Of a stretch of 64,000 nt of DNA, positions 1 through 9,868 are shown one piece after another. Under the pieces are notes generated by a model. The model saw only the letters and a list, made by a program, of their open reading frames with translations, ran no database searches and was not told the DNA's origin. The stretch covers positions 124,001 to 188,000 of the forward strand of contig OW569387.1 of assembly GCA_937625935.1 (NCBI GenBank), read 5' to 3'. This stretch comes from Tetramitus jugosus. Its lineage: Eukaryota > Protista > Heterolobosea. The number at the start of each line of letters is the position of its first letter. Positions within the stretch are counted from its first letter, which is position 1. Position numbers and translations under genes: made by a program.

Positions 1-28
1 AGCGCTAAAAAATCAAGGGTCCCCCCGA

Positions 29-763
29 ATGACCAACGGTCGACCAAGCTCAGAACGACTACGATCCTCCAGCAACGGAAGTAGTAGTTCCACGACTGGA
101 GAAGACGGAGATTATAGCTATCAGGACTCTGTTGTATTTAAAGAAGCTCTGCACCAGCAGGAAAAAATTCATTTGGATCAGTGTTTATTACCGTATCATG
201 TGTTGAAGAACGTGTGGCGCGGAACAGTGAACACTACGATCGCAAAGCTCACAAAAACGGAGCGCTTGCCTGCAGGCGACTATTTTTTCCATTTTTTCAA
301 TAGAGACATGAGAACTTCGATACGGTTGTATGCTTGCTGTACGGTTTCTGCGCTCAATGACAGTACAAACAAGAAGCAATTGTGGCAAGTGGAGGGCAAG
401 CACGTAAGAGTGTTGCCTCAAACGAGCTACACTTGGACCTTTTCCAGTCAAATTGATTTTTCATTGGCGATGTCGCTTCATTTGGTCGGAAAATTTATCA
501 AGGCTGCTCAATTCGAGTTCAACATTTACAAGGAAAGTTGTCGGCGGCGGACGATATCAAATGGCGCCAAAGGCACCATACGAGAAGTGGTGGATTTGAA
601 TCCGAATACTCCTTCTTCTGCGGTAGATCTGCATGAGGATGACGAATCGTTGTATGAGGACACGGATTCAAGTCCGACACAGAAAAGTGAGGATGAAGTG
701 CTATTGAGTCGTCACGGTTCTACTTCTACGAGTCGAAGCTATCGAAAAAAGAAGGAGAGCTAA
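29..763 (+). CDS. Hypothetical protein (may be 5'-incomplete at the window edge)
   Basis: 244-aa ORF with a globular-looking core and Ser/acidic tails; no family recognised. Confidence 0.55.
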   Translation: MTNGRPSSERLRSSSNGSSSSTTGEDGDYSYQDSVVFKEALHQQEKIHLDQCLLPYHVLKNVWRGTVNTTIAKLTKTERLPAGDYFFHFFNRDMRTSIRLYACCTVSALNDSTNKKQLWQVEGKHVRVLPQTSYTWTFSSQIDFSLAMSLHLVGKFIKAAQFEFNIYKESCRRRTISNGAKGTIREVVDLNPNTPSSAVDLHEDDESLYEDTDSSPTQKSEDEVLLSRHGSTSTSRSYRKKKES

Positions 764-1085
764 AATATTATTTACAAAAAACATTGTAAATATTTGGCAG
801 TTGTCAGACCAACTTACGAATCACATTTTTTGTGCCGAGCTAAAAAAAGTTCCGGCTCTTGTTCGGAGTTCTTGCTTCCTGAGGAACTGTCTCAAATAGA
901 ATTCTGTTCCACAAAGTGATATTTTCTCCAGGTATGATCCATACTTTGTTGATCCAGAGGTTTGGTTTATGATCCAGGTGCGCCAACAGAAACACAAGAA
1001 CTTGATCCAGTAAGGTGAACCACCATTTCATAAAAAGCTTAAGCCCGGTATTAAAGAATAAACACCATAAATTCAAAAATTCAAA

Positions 1086-1650
1086 ATGCAGTTGAAACCA
1101 TTGGATTCATATGATAAAAAGGCCACCAAGACCTTCCGACAAGTGTTTGATATGTTTGATTTCAATGGAGATGGAACGATCGATGCTCACGAACTGGGAA
1201 AAGTCATGAAGGGTATTGGTGTCTATCCATCAGAGACAGAGTTACAAGATCTGATGCAGGAGTTCGATATTGATGGAAATGGAAGCATAGATTTTTTGGA
1301 ATTTGTAAATTTAATGACGAGTTGCAATGAATACAACAAGACAGCTCAAATACGAGAAGCAGAAGCGGAAGATTTGAGTGCCGAAGAAGAAATTAAAGCA
1401 GCTTTCAAAGTGTTTGACATTGACGGCAATGGTTTTATATCACAGGAAGAATTGAAAATAACATTGGATAATCTGGGAGAGCATTTGTCTGATCGGGAGT
1501 TGAGAGCAATGATGAGACAAGCAGACTTGAACAATGACGGTCAAATCGACTACAACGAATTTGCAAAGGTAAGATCAAATTTAAACTTGTGTTCCTAGTG
1601 TATTGAGTTAACGTCCCTCTTTTGTCTTTCAGATGATGTATCAGCGCTAG
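1086..1650 (+). CDS. Calmodulin-like four-EF-hand protein; intron 1569-1632
   Basis: EF loops DFNGDGTIDAHE, DIDGNGSIDFLE, DIDGNGFISQEE and DLNNDGQIDYNE. Removing the GTAAGA...TTTCAG intron gives the calmodulin-like end EFAKMMYQR*. Confidence 0.9.
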
Positions 1651-1690
1651 ATTTCGGTTTCAGAGAATTTAAAATAAACTTCGTAAGATT

Positions 1691-2563
1691 TCATTCTATA
1701 GGTTCTTTATTGAACATTTTGTAGTATCTTTTTCGAGGGGTCTTGAACCACTTCTTTTGTCTGAGTTCGAGAAATTGCTCTCCGGTCAACATTGGATGCT
1801 TCATTGAATTCTTAAATGAATGAAGTATCTTGCTTGAACCCATGTGTCTTATCCTACTCAGGAAGACAGGAAGGTTGTTAGATTGTTGAATTGGTCGATC
1901 TTCGATGGTGGAAGTCAGCAGAATTGTTGGACGATCATTCTGGTTCGTGCTAAATTGGTTGTTGGTTATTGGACTGCTTGGAGTTCTTGGTCGATCGTTC
2001 ATGTAAATTTCTCCACTAGGGTAGTAGAGAGGTTGAGGTTGTTGTTCCTCTTGAGGTGTAATGATCCAAAAGGCTTCAGAGTCTGGATCGTTTACTGGAG
2101 TGGCACACTCTTCATCATACTCATCATATCCAGAAGTGCTGGATTGGCTCCAGGAGCTGTCCGGCTGTGCATGGGTACAATCGCTGCAACAGCATGGAGT
2201 ATTGAAATTATCTTCTGGATTCTGGTAATTGGAATATTCATTACCAGTGTAATAGTATTGTTGATAATACTGAGGATATAGTTCTTGTTCAGAACAGTAA
2301 TAGCAGTCGTGGCACTGCTCTTCCTCATAGTTCTCAGTTGTGGCCTGATCCATTGTTAGCATATCACGAGGAAATGTTTGATTTTGTTCCTCTAAAATTT
2401 CCATCACCTTGTCTGCCACATTTTCCATGTCATAGGACGATCTGGAACAGACATGCAATAGTGCGTATCTGACCATTTCATTGTTGTTGTGGTCAGATGA
2501 CAAGCAGGACTCCATCAAATAGTCGACAGTAGAGAGTTCTTCTTCAGAGTACCACAGTTCCAT
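1691..2563 (-). CDS. Orphan protein, MxLWYSEEE family (copy 1)
   Basis: ATG at 2563 (MELWYSEEE); the N-terminal ~55 aa align with the ORF at 7956. Confidence 0.7.
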   Translation of the reverse strand: MELWYSEEELSTVDYLMESCLSSDHNNNEMVRYALLHVCSRSSYDMENVADKVMEILEEQNQTFPRDMLTMDQATTENYEEEQCHDCYYCSEQELYPQYYQQYYYTGNEYSNYQNPEDNFNTPCCCSDCTHAQPDSSWSQSSTSGYDEYDEECATPVNDPDSEAFWIITPQEEQQPQPLYYPSGEIYMNDRPRTPSSPITNNQFSTNQNDRPTILLTSTIEDRPIQQSNNLPVFLSRIRHMGSSKILHSFKNSMKHPMLTGEQFLELRQKKWFKTPRKRYYKMFNKEPIE

Positions 2564-3032
2564 TTTATCTGACACACAGGTTGGCTGGCTGACTTTTTTA
2601 GTTGTCTTTGTTTGTTTGGTGTTGGTTGATGCTGAATTGGAATGATTTTTATTTCTGATGCCACACAGTCAGAGCAACGCAAGTGCAGAAAATAAGTGAG
2701 AGATTGGTGAAGTGGGGTGAGGACTTGTTGTTCGTTTGAGATTGTCATTACCCATACTTTCTGAAAATGTTAATTCCAGTTTTTGGTTTTCCCAAAACGG
2801 GGAAAACTTTGAGTGAAAGGTGACTTTTTTACCACTAAAGAAATTGCAAAAAAGAAATTCGGGAGAAACGGCAGAACTTGTGTTGTTCTTCGCCATTTCG
2901 AAAGTTGTTGTGATGAGCAATCTACATTGACGGTTGAAACTTTGTGATGCGCAAGAAAGAAATAGGACTCCAGCGGAGGTATTGTCGGCAAAACTAAATG
3001 TTCGCGCCAAAAAGAATTAACGCAAACAAAAA

Positions 3033-5912
3033 ATGAGTGATCAACCACCAACGACTATCATTCAACCAACACAGCAGGCAAAGAAGAGAGGAACGAGTTG
3101 TTTCAACTGCAAAAAAGCCCACAGTAAATGTGATGGTCAATTTCCATGCTCTCAATGCACCAAAAAAGGCAAAATTTGCATTCCTCAAGCAACTACTACT
3201 ACTAGTAGTAACAACAAGAATGATGGTGATGGTGGTGGTAGTGATGACAATGAAGTGATCACCCCAAAACAGACTAAAAAGAATACCATTGTCATGGCTT
3301 CAAAAACCAAGTCATCAGCTGCGAAAAAGTCAAAATCAACTGCCAGTAGTGCTACTGCCAGTCGTTCCATTATTAGTTATTTTTCAAAAAATGGTAACAA
3401 CAACACGAACAATGATGGTAGTGATGACAATGAAAACAATGAGGATAATGACAACGATGACAATAAAAAGAAGAAGAAGAATATAGTAGTGGTGAAAAAC
3501 GAACAAGTCGAAGCAGAAGATGAAGAAGGCGAGTCTACGCCAACGAGATCGAGCAAAAGAAGAGCTGCAAAACGGAAATTAGTCTATTCTGATTTAGTAT
3601 CATCATCAGAGGAAGAAGCTGAAGATGATGAAAACGATGATGATGATGAAGGCGGAAAGAAGAAGAAGAAGAAAAAGGTGATTAAAACACCAACGAAAAA
3701 GACATCTTCATCCGCAGCGAAAAAGCGAAGAAAGAAGAGTGATGATGATGATGGAGACGAAGATTTTGTGATATCTGTTCGAGACGACGATGAAGATGAT
3801 GATGAATACATGGACGATGATCGAAATCAATTGGTAAAGGAAGAAGAAGAAAGTGAGGAAGCAGATGACGATGAAAATGATGATGATGATGACGAAGAGT
3901 TCGCAACTCCTTCAAAGCGAGCCTCATCTTCCAAGAAGAGAGGTGAAGCTACGCCTCGAAGTCTCTCTTCGAGCAATATATCCGCAACACCAACAAGGGC
4001 CACTCCGAAAACTGTTACCAAAGTTGTTAAATCTGCACAAAAGAAAACGCCAGCACGCGCTATGAAACTGGTCAAAGCACCGATACCCAAGAGACCAGGC
4101 AAAGAATTGGCCAATTCTGATGGCGTAGTCACACAAGGTCTTCGTACATTCTTTGTAAATAAGAGCAGAGTAGTCAAAGGAAAGAAGCAGTTGATTCATT
4201 ATGAGACAACAGATATTTCAATGCTTTGTCCTGTGCCTAATCTGTTACCAATCATTACCCACAATGAACAAGTGAACTTGTTGGACGAGTCACATCCACA
4301 ACATTGTACGACACTATATGTGGATAAGAATCCAGCGTCAGTTGACTTTCTATCAAAGAAACCATCCAATACTGGCTCTCTGAATCGTGATGCTGTCATG
4401 CACAACATCAAAATTGGACAATCAGCGTCCATTAAGAATGATTCATGTTTATTATTGAATGTAGGTGGTGGTTCTTCGGTTTGGTGCATGGATTGGTGTC
4501 GAAGAGACACCAATTCCGAACAATATGCAGTGTTTGCTTGTCATCCGCTACACAAACCATATGTGAGAATTGACGAGTTTTATAGTGGTCCAGAAAATGA
4601 GAGTGAAGCTTTCCCATTGGACAACATGATTCAAATTTGGTCTTTTGGAGGTTGTGTGGGTTCGAGTCAATCTGCGACTGATCATCCTGAACCTGCTCGA
4701 TGTGTAACATGCATCAAACACAATCATGGATTTGCTTGGGATTGTAAGTGGCTTCCAATTACTGTGATGAATTTGACAGACAATGAAGTGTTGGGTGTAT
4801 TGGCAGTTGCATTTTCAGATGGTGCTTTGGTGATATATACAGTGCCCAAATTAAATCATCCACCTCTAGGAAAAGTGAATTGTGTGACGTTGGATGAAAG
4901 TCAATTATACACTTGTTCACACGGAAAGGATGAAAAGAAGTTGTTCACTGCGTTGGGCTGGTCATTGGATGGTCGATTTTTGGCATCTGGTTGCTCGGAC
5001 GGTAATTTAATTATTTGGAAGGTGGATCTACTGGCAGCTCGTGATGGTTCCACTCTTAAAAAGATGGCTCATGTTCGTGGTCATTTCCATCGGAAGCATG
5101 GTGGAAGAGTGAGAAGTATTTCATGGAGTTCTGTTGACATCAATGTGTTTGCGACCTGTGGTGATGATGGTAATACGAGATACTGGGATATACGAGACAT
5201 ATTCGAGCCTCACTGCTCCAATTTGGTGTCCAGACAATGGGCAACTGATGTTTGCTATCCTGCAAACACAACCGGTTGTATTTCTGTCAGTTCTGACGGC
5301 CAGGTCAAGCAATTTGATGCTAGGGAGAATAATTTTACGTGTGTTAGAGCTCATGCACATCCATTGTGGAGCGTTTCTGTTATGTCTACAAGAGCAGCAT
5401 TTGCATACTCGAGTGCTGATGGATCGGTCATGTTGTCTTCTCTGGAAGAGGACTCGATCGCTAAAAAACCAAAGGGAGCCGTCAAAGAGCGCTTCGATAG
5501 TGTGATCTTTTCATCCTGTCTAGTGCAAGAAAAGTCAGCTCGGGACTCTGTACAAGAAGAGAACAATTCAAGTGGAAAACACATTTGTGTGTCTCTGCCT
5601 ATGAACAACAAGGCAGACAAGAAGAAGGTTTCTGACGAAAGTGCCAGACAAGTCACTGACCTCTTGCAACAGAAGCAGGAAGATTTAGTAAGTGATGGAA
5701 TCGAATTAACACCAAGTAGCTCGAAGAAAAAGGGTAAAAAGAAGGCAACTCCAAAGGAGGGCAGTGTTCGAATCATACCAGATCATTCATTGTCTATCTT
5801 TTCAGTGAGATTTCATCATTCGAGGCACAAATCGCTTCGCAATTGGTGTATTCTGGGAGGACAAGCAGGTTATGTTTGTGCAGTGCGAGTGCCTGATGAA
5901 CTGGAAGTCTAG
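3033..5912 (+). CDS. GTF3C2: Zn(II)2Cys6 + acidic/basic linker + WD40 protein, TFIIIC subunit (GTF3C2/Tfc6-like)
   Basis: N-terminal CFNCKKAHSKCDGQFPCSQCTKKGKIC. The WD40 region has LNVGGGSSVWCMDWC, IQIWSFG, HNHGFAWDCKW and LGVLAVAFSDG, which recall GTF3C2/Tfc6. Confidence 0.7.
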   Translation: MSDQPPTTIIQPTQQAKKRGTSCFNCKKAHSKCDGQFPCSQCTKKGKICIPQATTTTSSNNKNDGDGGGSDDNEVITPKQTKKNTIVMASKTKSSAAKKSKSTASSATASRSIISYFSKNGNNNTNNDGSDDNENNEDNDNDDNKKKKKNIVVVKNEQVEAEDEEGESTPTRSSKRRAAKRKLVYSDLVSSSEEEAEDDENDDDDEGGKKKKKKKVIKTPTKKTSSSAAKKRRKKSDDDDGDEDFVISVRDDDEDDDEYMDDDRNQLVKEEEESEEADDDENDDDDDEEFATPSKRASSSKKRGEATPRSLSSSNISATPTRATPKTVTKVVKSAQKKTPARAMKLVKAPIPKRPGKELANSDGVVTQGLRTFFVNKSRVVKGKKQLIHYETTDISMLCPVPNLLPIITHNEQVNLLDESHPQHCTTLYVDKNPASVDFLSKKPSNTGSLNRDAVMHNIKIGQSASIKNDSCLLLNVGGGSSVWCMDWCRRDTNSEQYAVFACHPLHKPYVRIDEFYSGPENESEAFPLDNMIQIWSFGGCVGSSQSATDHPEPARCVTCIKHNHGFAWDCKWLPITVMNLTDNEVLGVLAVAFSDGALVIYTVPKLNHPPLGKVNCVTLDESQLYTCSHGKDEKKLFTALGWSLDGRFLASGCSDGNLIIWKVDLLAARDGSTLKKMAHVRGHFHRKHGGRVRSISWSSVDINVFATCGDDGNTRYWDIRDIFEPHCSNLVSRQWATDVCYPANTTGCISVSSDGQVKQFDARENNFTCVRAHAHPLWSVSVMSTRAAFAYSSADGSVMLSSLEEDSIAKKPKGAVKERFDSVIFSSCLVQEKSARDSVQEENNSSGKHICVSLPMNNKADKKKVSDESARQVTDLLQQKQEDLVSDGIELTPSSSKKKGKKKATPKEGSVRIIPDHSLSIFSVRFHHSRHKSLRNWCILGGQAGYVCAVRVPDELEV

Positions 5913-7045
5913 TTATCCAACTTGAATGCATAATCAAACAAAAAATGCACAATAAACGCAGCAGATGTTCTTGCTGCATAATAATGAACATTGTCATCTT
6001 TGATCTCATTCCCATGATCACACACTGATTTTGCAACCAAAGTGTGAACCTTTTTGTCCTTAAATACACTCAAAAGGGAATACGACTCCATATCAAAAGC
6101 AATTACCTTTCCTTGCTCAGAATGATGCTTCAGTTCTTTCTCCAATTGGTTGAAAACATCGATATCTGCTGGTGCAGCCGCCAAAGAACCAACACGTACA
6201 GTCGGTTTGTCATCTGCGACTGGGAAATCCAGATTGAGTGATGCAGCATCCCTTTGTTTGTTTTCGAGGTGTGTTACTCCCTTCTCTGTTACTATGAGAC
6301 CTTCTTGAAGTTGTTGACCGTGTAACTTCTTCAAATTCTTTTGCAGATCGGATGCTAGAGCTCTCCTTTGGCTGACAAACACCTGGTTGAATGATTTTTG
6401 TAAGACACCAAACTTATGAGCATGAAAAGTGTTCTTTGTGAACAGTGACAACTCATTCAACACCCAGTCTTGCAAGTACCGAGAAGAAGCGATTCGTGTC
6501 GTACCAAGATACTTTTTCCAGTGCTCTGCTCCTTCCTGATCCTTGACCCATTGTTGAACATCATCGTTAAGACGAAAGGGTGAAATGTCATACTCGGTGC
6601 TGTCTTCTTTGACTGAGTTCATGCAATCAAAGATCTTATCTGCCGCTATAACATCTCCCAAATTGGTCTTACCTTCAAGACCATAACAAATACCAGCCAT
6701 GCAAGCACTCTTGAGTTTATCAATGTTTATGAACTCCTGAAAATGCTCAAGTGTCCGAACTGTTTCACCTTGACCCATGCATGCGTTGCGAAGTACCATC
6801 AATCGAATACACTTGCCTTGAACATGATTGGAAAATAGAGAGTATCTTCGATCCTTGAAAATCTTCTCAACAAATGTAAAACCTTGATCTTCCAAGACGT
6901 CCATCAATGCATCCATCTCCACAGGCAAAACACAAATAATCAAGTGGTCAATGTCAATTCTTGGGCCCAAGGTGTTTGGGTTGCGGACTTGTGATTGGAT
7001 AGCCTCTTCAGGCTGATTACCAAAATGATTTACGTTGTCCAACAT
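5909..7045 (-). CDS. PNP_UDP_1 (MTA/SAH nucleosidase-like) protein
   Basis: Motifs LIICVLPVEM, MAGICYG, LGDVIAAD, AFDMESY and KSVCDHG..KDD..HYYAARTSAAF; first ATG at 7045. Confidence 0.85.
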   Translation of the reverse strand: MLDNVNHFGNQPEEAIQSQVRNPNTLGPRIDIDHLIICVLPVEMDALMDVLEDQGFTFVEKIFKDRRYSLFSNHVQGKCIRLMVLRNACMGQGETVRTLEHFQEFINIDKLKSACMAGICYGLEGKTNLGDVIAADKIFDCMNSVKEDSTEYDISPFRLNDDVQQWVKDQEGAEHWKKYLGTTRIASSRYLQDWVLNELSLFTKNTFHAHKFGVLQKSFNQVFVSQRRALASDLQKNLKKLHGQQLQEGLIVTEKGVTHLENKQRDAASLNLDFPVADDKPTVRVGSLAAAPADIDVFNQLEKELKHHSEQGKVIAFDMESYSLLSVFKDKKVHTLVAKSVCDHGNEIKDDNVHYYAARTSAAFIVHFLFDYAFKLDN

Positions 7046-7955
7046 CCTGCTCTCATGAGTTGGTGTTTCTAGAAGCTTAGTGCTTCTTTTGAAAATAAAG
7101 GCAACAAGCAGATTTTGAGGCAAAAAAATGTTTGTTGCCCATAATGTATTCGTGTTTCTGAGCACAATTCAAAATAAAGAATGAAATTGGCTCTTTTCTT
7201 TCAGGAAGATTCTATGCATATTACAATGCATGCCAATATCGAGAAGGAGTGTAATTGTAAGTTTATCTTCCATACGCTAGACATGTCACGTGGCTCTCCG
7301 CGAATTCTGTTCGAACTCTCTACGACTAAAATCAATTGAGCCATTGACCGACAAGAACATTGGCCTTTTCGTTTCCCGTCGGTAGTTGACTTTTGACATT
7401 CAACACTTGCTGCGCTGCAACACACAAACTAGAAAAATTATCCAAAGTAGATTTAAAGTACTGATTTTGAGAACTGATTTACCCCACTGCGTATTCCTTT
7501 TATAGTGTTACTCATCATTTTCTTCAAATTCGCTAATTCTAATGTCACTGTGTACGCAGAGCGGTTAGATGGACAGTGAATTCTCATCAACAAGTTCGCC
7601 CATCACTTTGCTGCGCTCCAATAGTTCAATAGATGTGATCATTCAGAAAAGCTCCCCGAAACTCGATATAGGTCACCCAAATCTATCAAACTCCCAAAAA
7701 GAGGCTTGCCATGTTCTGGTGCTACAGGCGGCCCTTTCCTAAATTCATGTTTGATTATGGCCAATAATGACACCTGAGTGATTGCGCACCTTGAGCTCTT
7801 GATTGTTCAGGTACTTCGTATTTAAGATTGTTGGTGTCAGGCACACTGATAAAATCTACCACCACAACATCTTCAAACAACCACCACTATCACACACCAA
7901 CAGGTGCAATCATTACCCTTACACTCCAATATTATATCTCTATCTATCCTCAAGA

Positions 7956-8471
7956 ATGGACTTGTGGTACTCTGAAGAGGAAATTGAAGTGATTGACAAT
8001 CTCATGATTACTTACGGTTCGTCTCCTACTGATAATGGCACATTGAGACACGCTCTATTACATGCCTATTCGAATCCGAACGTGAAGGACGTTGCCAACA
8101 CTGTTATGCACATTCTGAGTACTTCTCCTCCCTCAGAACCGCTAAAACAACAGCACTTGTCCAACTCTTGGAATAATAACCAATGGACGTCAATCAGTCA
8201 GCCACAACAACAAGCTGAGGAACAATGTGAATATTACACATCATTTTCTGGCCAGCAACAGATGGAAGGAGAAGATGAATGGAGTGTTCAAGTGTTTGAA
8301 GACGAGGAATATATCCAAGAAACATCGGTCATCTATTCCCAGACTCCATTCTCATTCTCCCAACATTCTCAGCTGAATCAATACTTTGCAATGTCTGACA
8401 ACAGAGCTCCTGCCACTAGGGCAGTAGAGCAAAATGTGGACCAACAACAGCAACAAGAATCAAAGCATTAG
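7956..8471 (+). CDS. Orphan protein, MxLWYSEEE family (copy 2, shorter, possibly decaying)
   Basis: MDLWYSEEEIEVIDNLM...LRHALLH...VANTVMHIL aligns with copy 1. Confidence 0.6.
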   Translation: MDLWYSEEEIEVIDNLMITYGSSPTDNGTLRHALLHAYSNPNVKDVANTVMHILSTSPPSEPLKQQHLSNSWNNNQWTSISQPQQQAEEQCEYYTSFSGQQQMEGEDEWSVQVFEDEEYIQETSVIYSQTPFSFSQHSQLNQYFAMSDNRAPATRAVEQNVDQQQQQESKH

Positions 8472-9016
8472 GAATATCTATCTTTGTACATACACAACAC
8501 TAGGAACAACAACCAAAATACCAACAACAGCACTCAACAACTAACGACGTAACACTGTACATAACTAGGCTACAACTAGAACAAGCTCACTCGGTGAAAA
8601 TGACGAGGAACTACGTAGATTTCGATTCACAGTTTCCCGGCTGTAAAAAGATACAGTTCAGTCAAAATTAGCTCCCGCTTTCGATGCGAAGCTTTTTTTA
8701 TCGCTCACCAAGCGGAGCAGCGATGCAGACAGAGACATCTCATCCCGGGATCAACAACCCTGAGTCCAATCCCAAAAAAAAACCAACCAACACCTGACCA
8801 CCATCCCCCCACAATCACTCACACATCGTGTGTTGCTCTTCCAAAGCACCCTTGACAAAGCCACACCAGAACTTCCAAAGAAAACTCAACTTTCTCCAAA
8901 AATCAAACACCACTTCTCCCCTTAGCTCTCACAACCATTAAAAAAATCAACAATAACAACACCAAAAAGCTTTCAACTGTTGCAACCACACAAACACACA
9001 CAACAACAACAACAAA

Positions 9017-9259
9017 ATGCTCTCCATTACTCACACATCACTCATTTCTCTGTTCCTTGTCATTGGTTCCTTGATCATTGCTGCCCTAGTCTATGACTTT
9101 ATCCTTGTCAATTTCTTGGCCAAGAGACGGTTGGAAATCAGTGGACCTTACCACAGTAGCACATGGTCACTGAATCAAGATCAATTACCAGATACTCCAA
9201 TCACTCCATTGACGCCTGCTGCCTTCTCATTTGGTGAAAACTTGGATCACTTGGTGTAG
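9017..9259 (+). CDS. Small single-pass membrane protein (80 aa)
   Basis: ATG follows a C/A-rich leader like those of other genes here; hydrophobic helix, then KRR and a Thr-Pro-rich tail. Confidence 0.55.
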   Translation: MLSITHTSLISLFLVIGSLIIAALVYDFILVNFLAKRRLEISGPYHSSTWSLNQDQLPDTPITPLTPAAFSFGENLDHLV

Positions 9260-9729
9260 TAACACTTGTATCCATCCAAAAAGCACAGAAATCATAATGT
9301 ACTTTATGAAAGATGAAAGATGAAGAAAACCAGTGGTCAGTCTCATATTTATTATTGATCATCTCCTCTAGTAGGAGAGAGAACAAACATGACAAACAAG
9401 AAGCTTGTACTTCAAGGAAGGAAAAGCGAACTAGCTCAAACTTAAGAGTTGGAGCCAGTGTGACACAAATAGGTTCTGTTGGAAAGAGAGATGAGCTTTC
9501 TTGCAGAACAAGATTTTTTAGCCAGTTTTTTTAAAGGCCCGATGGGCGATACTGGTGATGGTCATTGACTTTGACCTCGCCCTAGTATTTTTGTAAAATA
9601 AAACAACATAATAATGAACTTAGAAAGCTTTCACACACTCATTCCACAGCAAGCCATCCTCGACCGGCAAACATTTAAAGTGGCGCCAAAAAGGCCCGAG
9701 AGGAGTAACTGTGGATAACTAACAGGTGA

Positions 9730-9800
9730 GCATTGATGGTGTAGAGGCAGCATCTCAGCCTTCCAAGCTGAGGACCCGGGTTCGATTCCCGGTCAATGCA
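9730..9800 (+). tRNA. trnG: tRNA-Gly (anticodon TCC)
   Basis: Cloverleaf: acceptor GCATTGA/TCAATGC, anticodon arm TCAGC-CTTCCAA-GCTGA, T arm CCGGG-TTCGATT-CCCGG; followed by a TTTT terminator. Confidence 0.97.
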
Positions 9801-9868
9801 TTTTGATCGCTTCTTTTGTCCCAAAGGCTCAAACAAAAAAAAACAACTCACTCCCCAAAGAAAAACAA

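Noticed and set aside
3001-3013. E2F-like TTTGGCGCG site; similar GGCGCC words near 9682, 27705 and 45295
   Set aside because: Short motif at inconsistent positions, one of them intronic; cannot be supported without enrichment statistics.
3185-4199. Many antisense and alternate-frame ORFs over GAT/GAA/CAA repeats (also near 10.3-11.1 kb and 51.4-53.8 kb)
   Set aside because: Shadow ORFs produced by low-complexity coding sequence of the real genes.
7200-7800. Coding-like fragments between the nucleosidase and the orphan gene
   Set aside because: Multiple stops and no recognisable family.
9544-9593. Hairpin GGGCGA...TCGCCC followed by an Sm-like ATTTTTG (possible snRNA)
   Set aside because: No recognisable U1/U2/U4/U5 motifs; a short stem with a large bulge can arise by chance.
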